64,000 bases of DNA from a virus. Lineage: Duplodnaviria > Caudoviricetes. Positions 26,887 through 36,583 of this stretch are shown piece by piece (positions within the stretch are counted from its first letter, which is position 1; every line of letters starts with the position of its first letter). A program made the position numbers and the translations under genes. Where the stretch lies: IMG/VR virus record IMGVR_UViG_3300021425_003554. One strand, given 5' to 3'. The notes beneath the pieces are model-generated. The model saw only the letters and a program-made list of their open reading frames with translations, was not told the DNA's origin and made no database searches.

Positions 26887-27936
26887 ATGGCAATAACCGA
26901 CGCAAAAAAAGTTGATTATCTTTGGAAGAAGATTGGTTACGGTGTAACCAAAACAGATACCAATGCCAACAAAAAAGCACCAAACGAATCTATTGCTTCT
27001 CCTTTACTGTTAAGAGGTGATAAAACATGGAACCAGGCGTCATCGATACCGGGAGTTATGCCGGTGTCATCATCGGGAGTTGTCACAGTATATACAACGT
27101 CAGCACCAACAGAATGTGCAGTGGACAATACCACAGCAGAAGCCAACAGGACATGGAAAACAAATTTGACTGATTGGATCCCACCGGAATTTGGATCCAC
27201 ATATCAAGTAAAAGTTTACATCCATACATCCGGCGATGCGGGCAATGCCGCGGCATCGGGCACACAGGTGTTCGCCACAGGATCAGGCAACAACGACGAA
27301 TGGTTCTTTGACTATCAGTCAGGAGTGATACACTTTATTGGATCCAACCTACCCAACGGTGTAGATTTTACAGGAAAATCAGTCTACATTTCCGGCGGTA
27401 GGTACACAGGACAGATTGGTTTGCAAAACCTAAGTGTTGGAGGAAGTGCAGATACCGGTAATTTCACATTCACAGGATCAACCATAAATCAAGATACAAC
27501 CAATGCCGATTTTACTTTAGATACTTCGGGCACAGGTAACTTTGTTTTCAATTCCGAAAGTGCGATAGTTGTTCCCACAGGTACCACTGCCCAAAGACCA
27601 ACGGCACAAGAAGGTATCATAAGATTCAACAACGAAACCGGAAAGTACGAAGTTTCGGAAGATGGTAGCACATGGACCAACCTTAGAACATCCACAGAAG
27701 CCGCAAACATAACCAAAGATGTTTTCACTGGTGATGGTAGCACCACTCAATTCACTATGAGTGTCATACCAACCGATGAAAAAAATGTTATAGTTTATGT
27801 TGACGGAGTGATGCAAGAACCAAACACCAATTACACTATATCAGGAACTACTCTATCATTCACAGGTGGAGATTCAGTAATCGAAGCACCCCACAATGAT
27901 GCAAGGATTGTGATCATGCACGGGTTTGCTGACTAA
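26887..27936 (+). CDS. virion fibre-associated protein
   Basis: EWFFDYQSGV.HF, VPTGTTAQRP, FTGDGSTTQF...VYVDGVMQEP modules. Confidence 0.65.
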   Translation: MAITDAKKVDYLWKKIGYGVTKTDTNANKKAPNESIASPLLLRGDKTWNQASSIPGVMPVSSSGVVTVYTTSAPTECAVDNTTAEANRTWKTNLTDWIPPEFGSTYQVKVYIHTSGDAGNAAASGTQVFATGSGNNDEWFFDYQSGVIHFIGSNLPNGVDFTGKSVYISGGRYTGQIGLQNLSVGGSADTGNFTFTGSTINQDTTNADFTLDTSGTGNFVFNSESAIVVPTGTTAQRPTAQEGIIRFNNETGKYEVSEDGSTWTNLRTSTEAANITKDVFTGDGSTTQFTMSVIPTDEKNVIVYVDGVMQEPNTNYTISGTTLSFTGGDSVIEAPHNDARIVIMHGFAD

Positions 27937-28307
27937 TCTATCACTATTCCGCTGGGTGTATAAACAATATTGTATTTCTTAAAATCTCCTGTGACATAAC
28001 TAACGACTCCCAACTCGGGCACGATCTCCCAATTGAACTCCGGTTGTCTAATTATGAAGTCATAGGTGTCCTGCCCTGATTCAAGCCAAAGGCTCACACC
28101 ATGAAGATTATGATTAGAGTCAATCCTGAATTGTTTCTTCACTATCAACTTACACACATTGTTTAATTTTATCCTAAAATTGTTCATCTGTTGTACGAGG
28201 TCGGGTCTTTCGGCCATTATTTCTAAATTTCTGTTACGGCACACTTCGGGCCACTTGACCACGAGATGATATTTCAGATGTACTTGTTCTTTATTTTTTT
28301 CCGTCAT
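27933..28307 (-). CDS. hypothetical protein
   Basis: 124-aa ORF coupled to the 28291-28839 gene. Confidence 0.55.
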   Translation of the reverse strand: MTEKNKEQVHLKYHLVVKWPEVCRNRNLEIMAERPDLVQQMNNFRIKLNNVCKLIVKKQFRIDSNHNLHGVSLWLESGQDTYDFIIRQPEFNWEIVPELGVVSYVTGDFKKYNIVYTPSGIVID

Positions 28308-28839
28308 TGGCTATCTCGTCAAACTCTTTGTAATCTATAATAGACATATTTTCATACGAATCAAACAGGAATATCTTGTTGGGATTGGGTTTCCTCACAT
28401 ACACTATTTCCGCATGCGGATTATTGGCCAACACACTGATCAGATTTGCTCTCTCCTCCAGATCCTCTATGTCATAGGCAAACAGATAAATTTTTTTGTA
28501 TTCCAGCCAGACAGCCAACAAAAGTGATAACAACTGCTCGGAACACGAACTAACCGAATCCTTTTGTCCCTTTAAGAAGGGAAAAGTTGGCAACTCGTCC
28601 ACACGATCAAAAAACACATATTTTTTGTGCAATGATGCTGTGGTCAGTATTCTTGTGTCATTTAAAATTTTAGTGTTCAATAGGTCCTGAATCCTGCTGT
28701 CCATGGTCGTAACTGCGTATTGACACTTTGTTAATTTGTTTGTGGATCCGCTAGAAATAATAGCACTTAACGACGCAATTGACTCGTTTTTATAGTCAAA
28801 TGACCTATCTCCTATAACGGATACAACAGTGGAATTCAT
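28291..28839 (-). CDS. divergent DUF115/MptE-like protein
   Basis: VSVIGDRS...LLLAVWLEYKKIYLFAYD parallels the 14584 protein. Confidence 0.45.
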   Translation of the reverse strand: MNSTVVSVIGDRSFDYKNESIASLSAIISSGSTNKLTKCQYAVTTMDSRIQDLLNTKILNDTRILTTASLHKKYVFFDRVDELPTFPFLKGQKDSVSSCSEQLLSLLLAVWLEYKKIYLFAYDIEDLEERANLISVLANNPHAEIVYVRKPNPNKIFLFDSYENMSIIDYKEFDEIANDGKK

Positions 28840-28933
28840 ATTTGTATATTTTACTATTTAACTGGTTAAAAATCAAGATCTTTAATAAATACCTGCGTTA
28901 TAACACAAAAAAACCAAAGTTTGGAGAAATAAA

Positions 28934-31054
28934 ATGGCAATAGGAAGAATATCAGGACAAATGTTAAAAGCCAACCTTTTAAGGTCTGGCACAGATTTAG
29001 CATTTGAAACTAATCTATTAGTACTTGACGTTACCAACTCATTTGTGGGTGTGGGAACAGCAAGTCCATCAAGAAAATTACACATAAACGACACAGGTGC
29101 GTTAAGAATACCGTCTGGAACAACAGCGGAGAGAGGCACACCAGCCAACGGTGATATCAGATACAACACGGATACCACTCAATTGGAAGGTTATGCTAAC
29201 GGCACTTGGCAGAACATGACAGCAGGTGGAACAGCACTTGACAACGTTGTGGAAGACACAACACCTCAATTAGGTGGTAATTTGGATGTCAACAGTCAAA
29301 GCATTATCTCTGCTTCAGGCAGTAATGCAGACATCAACATCACACCGGATGGAACAGGTTCAGTTGTAATGTCCAAAGTGGACATCAACGCTGGAACAAT
29401 CGACGGTGTGGACATTGGAGCAAGTTCGGCGGCGACTGGTTTAACAGTTAGCGGCGCAACAGTTTCAATCACTGACACTGGTGGTGATGGTACTATGGAC
29501 GGTGTGATCATCGGTGGTACAACAGCGGCGGCAGGTACATTTACAACAATAGATACATCAGGAAACGTCACAGTTGGCGGTAACTTGACAGTATCAGGAA
29601 CAACTACCACTGTAGATTCAGAAACATTAGTAATTGAAGATCCGTTCTTGACATTGGCGAAAAACAATTCAGGTGGATCTGCCAACACATTTGACCAAGG
29701 TCTATTATTCAACAGGGGATCATTGGACAACGTTTCATTCGCATGGGATGAATCAGCAGATCAATTTGCGTTTGCTGTAACATCTGGTGAAGATGGAACA
29801 ACAGCAGGTAACATCACAATTGACAGTTATGCGAACGTGAGAGCAGGCGTGATCACTGCAACAGATGTAGAAACAGGTTCTATATCAGCGGCAGATGGCA
29901 CAGAAGCGGCAACGATTGCTAACTCAACAGGTATTATCACAATACCTAGTTCAGTGTTAACAACTACTGACATCAATGGTGGTTCAATCGATGGTGCAAC
30001 AATTGGTGCGGCTTCGGCTTCATCAGCGGTGTTCACAACAGCAGAAACATCAAGCACATTGAAAGTAAACGCAGACAGCACAAACTTCTCAGTTGGTGCA
30101 GGCGATGACTTCACAATACAGCACGATGGCACAAACACAACAATAGCGAACGCTACAGGTAATTTAGTAATTAACGGTGTAGCAAGTTCAGGAGTTGTGT
30201 TCAACGAGTTGGGTGCTGACGTTGACTTCAGAGTTGAAGGTGACACAGTATCACACTTGATATATGCTGACGCAGGTAACGACAGAATAGGTCTTGGCAC
30301 AAGCAGTCCTCAATACTTTGTGGATATGAGTCAAAACACAGATGCGATTGCATTACCAACAGGTACAACTGCTGAAAGACCATCAGCATCAACTGGTGTT
30401 TTAAGATTTAACACAAATTTTGGTGCTTATGAAGGTTCTATCGATGGTTCTACTTGGGTTCAATTTGCTGTGGCAGGCGACACGCCAGTATTCAGCAAAG
30501 CATCAACTACAGGTGATGGTTCAACACAAACATTCACAGGTTTCTTTGCAGAGGCTCCGGCTAACGCAAACAACGTGTTTGTTTACATTGACAACGTTTA
30601 TCAAGAACCTACAGAAAACTACACAGTATCAGGCACAAACATATCATTTACTTCTGCTCCTCACTCAGGTGCAAGAATATTTGCTATCACAGGTGCTGAC
30701 AATACTGCATTGGCTTCAGGTGGTGTTAAGAGATCTGAAACGGCTACGGTTAACTTTGAATCATCAGCAACTACAATCATGAGCTTCAACGCTGGTGATT
30801 ACAGATCGGCTGAATTGACTATCCAATTAACTGACGCTGGAAACAGTGAATACAGCATACAGAAAGCACACGTTGTACACAATGGCACAACTGCGTTTAT
30901 ATCAGTATACGGTATCACGAACACTAGTGGTTCAGTAGCAGACATGGCAACATTTACTGCAACACACGATGGTTCGAACACAGTGAATATTCAAGCAACT
31001 AGTACTGGTGGCGGAACTGGTGCTAAAGTTCAATATTCATTGATCGGCGTATAA
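28934..31054 (+). CDS. tail/virion fibre protein
   Basis: MAIGRISG module, GTTAERG/P repeats, GNLTVSGTTTTVDSETL.IED, TGDGSTQTF module. Confidence 0.75.
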   Translation: MAIGRISGQMLKANLLRSGTDLAFETNLLVLDVTNSFVGVGTASPSRKLHINDTGALRIPSGTTAERGTPANGDIRYNTDTTQLEGYANGTWQNMTAGGTALDNVVEDTTPQLGGNLDVNSQSIISASGSNADINITPDGTGSVVMSKVDINAGTIDGVDIGASSAATGLTVSGATVSITDTGGDGTMDGVIIGGTTAAAGTFTTIDTSGNVTVGGNLTVSGTTTTVDSETLVIEDPFLTLAKNNSGGSANTFDQGLLFNRGSLDNVSFAWDESADQFAFAVTSGEDGTTAGNITIDSYANVRAGVITATDVETGSISAADGTEAATIANSTGIITIPSSVLTTTDINGGSIDGATIGAASASSAVFTTAETSSTLKVNADSTNFSVGAGDDFTIQHDGTNTTIANATGNLVINGVASSGVVFNELGADVDFRVEGDTVSHLIYADAGNDRIGLGTSSPQYFVDMSQNTDAIALPTGTTAERPSASTGVLRFNTNFGAYEGSIDGSTWVQFAVAGDTPVFSKASTTGDGSTQTFTGFFAEAPANANNVFVYIDNVYQEPTENYTVSGTNISFTSAPHSGARIFAITGADNTALASGGVKRSETATVNFESSATTIMSFNAGDYRSAELTIQLTDAGNSEYSIQKAHVVHNGTTAFISVYGITNTSGSVADMATFTATHDGSNTVNIQATSTGGGTGAKVQYSLIGV

Positions 31055-31074
31055 TATAATAACTAAACATTAAA

Positions 31075-31118
31075 AAAATAACCCCCTGCGGTAAATAACA
31101 CTGTAGGGGGTTTTTTTA
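31075..31118. terminator. terminator hairpin with late promoter motif in its loop
   Basis: ACCCCCTGCGG-TAAATAACA-CTGTAGGGGGT flanked by A and T runs. Confidence 0.7.
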
Positions 31119-31164
31119 TTCCTTACATTAATAATAACAACAATCATGCGGGAGATATGGAACC

Positions 31165-32490
31165 ATGACAACAAGAAACTTTAGAGTAAACAATGGTCTT
31201 ACAGTGGGTGACATCGTGATCGATGCATCTGCAAATACCATTACAGGTCTAGCCACTGCGGCCCCAATAGCCGCCGGTGATGTGGCCAACAAGAAATATG
31301 TGGATGACTCATTAGCGGGTCTATCACAAAACAGTATTTCACAATTAGACAGTTCGGTAGCAGTAACTGACACAGGATCAGACGGCGCTATCACATTAAC
31401 TGCTGACAATAACTCAGTAGTAGTTGTGAACTCATCAGGTGCGACAGTAACTGGTACATTAACAGCAACAAGCACAGGTAGTTTTGCAACAGGCACAACT
31501 GTCGGTAACTTGACACTTGCTAATGGATCAATCACTGATTCATCAGGTGCTATTTCGTTCGATAATGAAAACCTAACAACAACGGGTTCAGTTAACGGTG
31601 CGGATGGTAACTTTACTGGTGCAGTAGGAGTTGACGGTAACTTTGACGTTGCAACAAACAAATTAACTGTGAACGCAACAAGCGGAAACACAGCAGTGGC
31701 AGGTACATTAAACGTAACTGGTGCGGCTTCATTCGCAGATGCAGTTACTATATCTGGTAACTTGACTGTACAAGGAACTGAAACAATCATCAATTCACAA
31801 AACTTAACAGTGGAAGATGCGATCATTTCAACAAACTCAAATATATCAGCGGCGGCCAACATGCCAAGATTCTCTGGATTACACTTACACAGAGGTACTG
31901 GTTCTACAGCAACTGAATTAGATCCTTACTTTGTATGGGATGAAGAGTATACTGTAACAGGTGGTTCAGGACTGGGCGGAACATTCACAGCAATGGCTTC
32001 TGTACACAACGAGGGTAGTGAGACTCCGAATTCGGACTTCACACTGGCTGACATCAGATGTAACATCATTGAAGCGACAGCAACAACGGCTCAATACGCC
32101 GACATCGCTGAAAGATTTGAAGCAGATGCAGAAATAGAAGCAGGCGCAGTAGTCATGTTGGGTGGTACAGCGGAAATCACAGAAACTAGTCAAGAATTAT
32201 CAGACAGAGTTTTTGGTGTTATTTCAACTCAACCAGCATACATGATGAACAATGCGGCAGGTAGCAACGCAACTCACCCATTTGTGGCAATGACAGGTAG
32301 AACTCCAGTGAGAGTTACAGGTCAAGTCAGCAAAGGTGACAGATTAGTAAGTTCATCTATCAAAGGTACTGCTAGAGCAGTAGTAGAAGGTGAAACAATC
32401 AACCCATTCCACGTGATTGGTAGAGCTTTGGAAGACAAGTTCACTAATGAAATTGGTTTGGTAAATTGTGTTGTTAGAACAAACAACTAA
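31165..32490 (+). CDS. fibre protein with C-terminal intramolecular-chaperone (Peptidase_G2-like) domain
   Basis: C-terminal ADIAERF..D....G.VV..GG..EI, GVIST.PAY.MN, GR.PV.V.G.V.KGD.LVSS. Confidence 0.7.
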   Translation: MTTRNFRVNNGLTVGDIVIDASANTITGLATAAPIAAGDVANKKYVDDSLAGLSQNSISQLDSSVAVTDTGSDGAITLTADNNSVVVVNSSGATVTGTLTATSTGSFATGTTVGNLTLANGSITDSSGAISFDNENLTTTGSVNGADGNFTGAVGVDGNFDVATNKLTVNATSGNTAVAGTLNVTGAASFADAVTISGNLTVQGTETIINSQNLTVEDAIISTNSNISAAANMPRFSGLHLHRGTGSTATELDPYFVWDEEYTVTGGSGLGGTFTAMASVHNEGSETPNSDFTLADIRCNIIEATATTAQYADIAERFEADAEIEAGAVVMLGGTAEITETSQELSDRVFGVISTQPAYMMNNAAGSNATHPFVAMTGRTPVRVTGQVSKGDRLVSSSIKGTARAVVEGETINPFHVIGRALEDKFTNEIGLVNCVVRTNN

Positions 32491-32518
32491 TAAGTAATAC
32501 TAATTCCTAAGTAGTTTA

Positions 32519-32544
32519 AAGGGCGGCCTTTGTGTCGCCCTTTT
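32519..32544 (+). terminator. intrinsic terminator
   Basis: AAGGGCGGC...GTCGCCCTTTT. Confidence 0.75.
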
Positions 32545-32644
32545 CATTTATAATAACTAAATACACGTACAGTTTGGCCCACTATGTAATAGGGCTCTCG
32601 AAACATATGTTTCGTGATATAAAATTATAAAAGGAGTACCTTGT

Positions 32645-34825
32645 ATGGCCATTGGTCGTATATCGGGGTCGGTACTGAAGTCAAACCTAACCAGGAATGG
32701 CGTCGACCTTGCGTTTGAAACAAACCTATTATATCTCGACGTCACAAACAGTCGCGTAGGTATCGGTACTTCAGAACCCACAACAGCATTACAGGTAGCA
32801 GGAACAATAACGTCGACGGGACTGACCGTTGACACAAACACCCTACACGTCGATTCAGCAAACAACAGGGTGGGAATCGGCACCACTTCTCCGGCATATC
32901 AATTTGAAATAGAGAACACAGGATCTAATGCATTATTAGTTCTTGACAGGACTGACGGTGCGGCCTGTTTCATAGAAGGCCAGGCCACTCGTTCGGCATT
33001 TGGATCAGTGGGTGCCACGCCTCTGGCGTTGGCCTATAACAGTGCGGCGGTGGTCACGATCGGTGCCAATGGTGCCATCACAGTAAACCCAGACGGGGAT
33101 GGATATACATTTCCAACCACAGATGGTTCTGCTAATCAAGTATTGGGTACTGACGGCAATGGCAATTTATCCTTTATAAATGTTTCTTTAGATAGTCTAG
33201 ACTCGGGTGGTATACTCATAGACGATAACAAAATCACAGGACAGAGATCCAACGAGAACATCGAAATTGAAGCATCTGGAACGGGTGTGATCGAAGTCAA
33301 TTCGTCTATCGTTCCAAAAACAACATTATCAGTCAGTTTGGGATCACCCACGAAAAAATTCCAAGATGCCTACTTTGGGGCAGGCACAGTTTATATTGGT
33401 GATCAATCGATCACTTCCACTTCCAATGGACTGGTCTTTTCTAATGTGACCACAAATAGCACCACAGACGACGATACCGCTATTGTATTTTCAAAATCAG
33501 GTATACGAAGTTCGGCCAAAACGATTGATGCCTTTGATTCATCTTCATCAAACTCTGCCTTATACTTTACTGTTTACAGAGACGAGATAAATGATCAAAC
33601 TCAAATTCAAAAAATATCACTGGCACACGACAGTACCTATGCATACCATTCAACTGCTGGTGTGGTTGTTTCCGGATCAGCGGCCGGTCCAACTTTTACA
33701 TCTAATCTAAATGGCGGTTCTGTACAATTAAAAGCCACGGGAAGTTCAGAAGCCAACAGTATCACGGGATACAAAATTTCGTTGGGGACAGATTCATCTT
33801 CAGGAACTAGCGGTCATACTGCTATAATTAATGTGGGATCGGTCGTAGAATCTTTTGCTTCTATGATAGATTCGTGGTCCAATTCTTCTTACAGAGCGGC
33901 CAAATACTTTATTTCTGCAAGAAATATTGCAAACGATATAACCAACAACATAGAAGCAGTTGTGTTGCACGATGGTTCGAGTGCATATCTAAATGTTTAC
34001 AATGTTGTTAGAAGCGGCGATAATAACGACGATCTTATATCATTGTCTACTGCCATAAACGGCGGTAATGTTGAATTATCAGCACAATCAAATGCTAATG
34101 ACATCTATGTCACTATGCATAGAATTTTATTAAGCAGTGATGAAACAGCAGAAGAATATGCTAACGTTAATATTATAGACGAACAAACAATATCTTCGGC
34201 AAGTACTATCATTGACACATTTAATACGACTAAAATTACAGGTGCCTTGTACTTTGTGACGGCCAGCAACGACACGTCGGGTTATTATGCGGCCGGTGAG
34301 GCCTATGTGGTGAGTGACGGAACAGATGCTTACGTGGCGGTTGGTCCAAATCTTTCTTCGAACGATGCTTTTTCAGTAGAATACTCGGCAACACTTTCCG
34401 GAAACACTGTAAATTTCAAAGCATCGGCATCCATAGACTCGGCCACAAAGATCACTGCCTATAGGATTGGATTGTTAGAGACACAGGCCACAGGTGACTT
34501 TTCTCAAACTGTGACGCTGGATACAGCACAAAACATTACAGGCAACAAGACATTTGATAGTGCGATAAGTTTATCAGTCACCAATGATCCAACAGGAGCC
34601 ACAAATAAAGCACACATATACGCCAAAGACGAGTCAAGCAGTGCAGAAGTATTTGTGCGTGACGAAGCAGGAAACGTGACCAAGATATCTCCACACAACG
34701 AAGCGGGCGAATGGGAATATTATTCTCGAAATACAAAAACTGGTAAAGTAGTACGTGTCAATATGGAAGAAATGATACGAGATCTAGAGCAGTTAACTGG
34801 TAAAACTTACATCAAAAACGAATAG
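32645..34825 (+). CDS. tail/virion fibre protein
   Basis: MAIGRISG module, VGIGT..P repeats, three repeated beta modules (A.Y........E..V.HDG..AY). Confidence 0.75.
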   Translation: MAIGRISGSVLKSNLTRNGVDLAFETNLLYLDVTNSRVGIGTSEPTTALQVAGTITSTGLTVDTNTLHVDSANNRVGIGTTSPAYQFEIENTGSNALLVLDRTDGAACFIEGQATRSAFGSVGATPLALAYNSAAVVTIGANGAITVNPDGDGYTFPTTDGSANQVLGTDGNGNLSFINVSLDSLDSGGILIDDNKITGQRSNENIEIEASGTGVIEVNSSIVPKTTLSVSLGSPTKKFQDAYFGAGTVYIGDQSITSTSNGLVFSNVTTNSTTDDDTAIVFSKSGIRSSAKTIDAFDSSSSNSALYFTVYRDEINDQTQIQKISLAHDSTYAYHSTAGVVVSGSAAGPTFTSNLNGGSVQLKATGSSEANSITGYKISLGTDSSSGTSGHTAIINVGSVVESFASMIDSWSNSSYRAAKYFISARNIANDITNNIEAVVLHDGSSAYLNVYNVVRSGDNNDDLISLSTAINGGNVELSAQSNANDIYVTMHRILLSSDETAEEYANVNIIDEQTISSASTIIDTFNTTKITGALYFVTASNDTSGYYAAGEAYVVSDGTDAYVAVGPNLSSNDAFSVEYSATLSGNTVNFKASASIDSATKITAYRIGLLETQATGDFSQTVTLDTAQNITGNKTFDSAISLSVTNDPTGATNKAHIYAKDESSSAEVFVRDEAGNVTKISPHNEAGEWEYYSRNTKTGKVVRVNMEEMIRDLEQLTGKTYIKNE

Positions 34826-34826
34826 A

Positions 34827-34857
34827 TTGACAGATTTCCTTTTTCGTGTTATAAATA
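34827..34857 (+). promoter_or_regulatory. sigma70 promoter overlapping a late promoter
   Basis: TTGACA (34827)-N17-TATAAAT, with TATAAATA at 34850-34857. Confidence 0.8.
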
Positions 34858-34905
34858 TAATTGACACGACAATACACACACAAACACAAACAAAGGAGAA
34901 ATGTT

Positions 34906-35292
34906 ATGTCAACTAAAACAAGAAACGGCTATGAAATCAGAGCCGACCTATTAGGACTAGCCAAAGATATTGCTCAGTTCAACTATTCAATTAAACTTAA
35001 CGAATTTGAAATGTCATCTAAAAAAGATGGTGATCAAGTTGTGACTGAGTTTAAATTCCCAACTATCAGTGCGGAAGACATCATTGAAAACGCAAAGAAA
35101 TTCAATGAGTTCGTAACTAATGGTTCGTCTGTGGCAGAAAACACCCAGATGTTGATGGAAGGCGTGAAGAAGTTCAACGAAAACGTTCAGAATGCGTGGA
35201 AACCTGAAAATATCCAATCTAATTGGAAAAAGTACCAAGAGGATGTACAAAAACTTTCTAGTGCTTTTTTTAACGGAGTGTCTAACAAATAA
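34906..35292 (+). CDS. conserved T4-like hypothetical protein
   Basis: MSTKTRNGYEIRADLL...FPT..AEDII..AK.F.EFV; AAGGAG RBS supports the 34906 start. Confidence 0.7.
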   Translation: MSTKTRNGYEIRADLLGLAKDIAQFNYSIKLNEFEMSSKKDGDQVVTEFKFPTISAEDIIENAKKFNEFVTNGSSVAENTQMLMEGVKKFNENVQNAWKPENIQSNWKKYQEDVQKLSSAFFNGVSNK

Positions 35293-35300
35293 TCAGTAAA

Positions 35301-35334
35301 ATACTGCTGGGTCCTGCCCAGCAGTATACTTTTC
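35301..35334 (+). terminator. intrinsic terminator
   Basis: ATACTGCTGGG/CCCAGCAGTAT 11-bp stem followed by a T-rich tail. Confidence 0.7.
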
Positions 35335-35339
35335 ATTTC

Positions 35340-35558
35340 ATGAAACAGTTTTTATTGATCGCGTTGTTTATAACCTTTGTAGGATGTACAGGAGTAAACG
35401 ACTGCCGAGTTTCTCCCACAGTTAGTATCGAACAAAAAAAAGAAGTATCTTCTGAACAATCAGATAAAGAAAAAACAAGTAATCAATCACCCACGGAACT
35501 AATAAAAGACAGTATTGAAAATGCTCAACCGGGCGGTCAATTGAAATGTTCTTTTTAG
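35340..35558 (+). CDS. small lipoprotein
   Basis: MKQFLLIALFITFVG-C lipobox-like signal. Confidence 0.6.
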   Translation: MKQFLLIALFITFVGCTGVNDCRVSPTVSIEQKKEVSSEQSDKEKTSNQSPTELIKDSIENAQPGGQLKCSF

Positions 35559-35986
35559 ACTCTTTTTCTATTTTCTAGATGTGCTTGTTCCACAAGCGAT
35601 TTATTTTGACCGTAATAAGGAACTGCGTGTCCCACATCACACATTAGTTGGTTGACTGATTTACCGTCACACCACACGTCGCCAAGTATTCGACCAAATT
35701 TACCTGTTTCAGAACTTTTGTAAGTTTTAATTGTAATTTTTTTTGCTTTTTTAATTTGTTCTTGTAAAAATTTTTTGGATTTTAAACCGTATTTCTTTTC
35801 TTCTTTGTCTCTGGTCCTTGATTCTGGAGTATCTATGCCAAATAGTCTAACTCTTTGAGCAAACAATATATCAAAACCCATGTCTAACACTACGTCAATA
35901 GTATCTCCGTCCACAACTTTTGTGACTCTTTTAACTCTGTAACTGAAATCTGTTGGATCTCCCAACTTTGGTGCTTTTGTTGGCAT
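35555..35986 (-). CDS. thermonuclease (SNase-like) family protein
   Basis: VVDGDTI, VRLFGIDTPE, GKFGRILG; probable start MPTK at 35986 (TAATG coupling). Confidence 0.9.
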   Translation of the reverse strand: MPTKAPKLGDPTDFSYRVKRVTKVVDGDTIDVVLDMGFDILFAQRVRLFGIDTPESRTRDKEEKKYGLKSKKFLQEQIKKAKKITIKTYKSSETGKFGRILGDVWCDGKSVNQLMCDVGHAVPYYGQNKSLVEQAHLENRKRV

Positions 35987-36129
35987 TATAAATTTCCTTC
36001 CCACTTGCCGTATCGAGTGCTTTTCTTTTTTTTCTTTTTCTTTTTCTTTTTATTAGAAGAACGATTATCCTCAAAACTCATGATATTTTGTACAGATCTA
36101 TCTAACATTTTTTTGATAAAATTAATCAT
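35986..36129 (-). CDS. 47-aa poly-lysine peptide
   Basis: MINFIKKM...SSNKKKKKKKKKKSTRYGKWEGNL*; minus-strand TAAATA upstream; coupled to SNase. Confidence 0.5.
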   Translation of the reverse strand: MINFIKKMLDRSVQNIMSFEDNRSSNKKKKKKKKKKSTRYGKWEGNL

Positions 36130-36146
36130 ACAATCTATTTATTGTT

Positions 36147-36575
36147 TTAAACAATAAGGTCTAAAATTGTTTGTAATTTACCTTTGATTGCTTTGTTGTT
36201 CAAGGTGTTTCTTAGACCCGCATGAAGATTCTTTGGCCAGTATTCAAAAGCACACCAGGCATAGGAGTTGTGTTCGTGATTAAGTTTTGGTAAAAACTCA
36301 TCTGCTATGGCTATCACGAATGTATTAAAGAAAAATTTCTGATCGTTCGAGGTGAATAATTCCAGGGGTATGACTTTTTTGAATTGAGGTAATGCTCCGA
36401 CTTCTTCCTCAATTTCTCTTTTTAACCCCTCAAAAACCATTTCATAAGATTTGGCTCTACCACCAACAAGTCCCCATTGTCCTTTGGTTTTACTATCGTT
36501 TCTTTGTAAAAATAAAAAACGTTTGGTGTTGACGGCATAAAATAATGCACCAGAACATACAATATTATCTTGCAT
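36147..36575 (-). CDS. NUDIX hydrolase
   Basis: WGLVGG......GLKREIEEEVG Nudix box; LN.EH..Y.W. Confidence 0.9.
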   Translation of the reverse strand: MQDNIVCSGALFYAVNTKRFLFLQRNDSKTKGQWGLVGGRAKSYEMVFEGLKREIEEEVGALPQFKKVIPLELFTSNDQKFFFNTFVIAIADEFLPKLNHEHNSYAWCAFEYWPKNLHAGLRNTLNNKAIKGKLQTILDLIV

Positions 36576-36583
36576 AATTTATA

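Noticed and set aside
20463-34825. Diversity-generating retroelement or invertible fibre cassette
   Set aside because: No reverse transcriptase or invertase seen, no near-identical TR/VR pair differing at adenines, and no inverted repeats noticed around the minus-strand genes, which have their own late promoters
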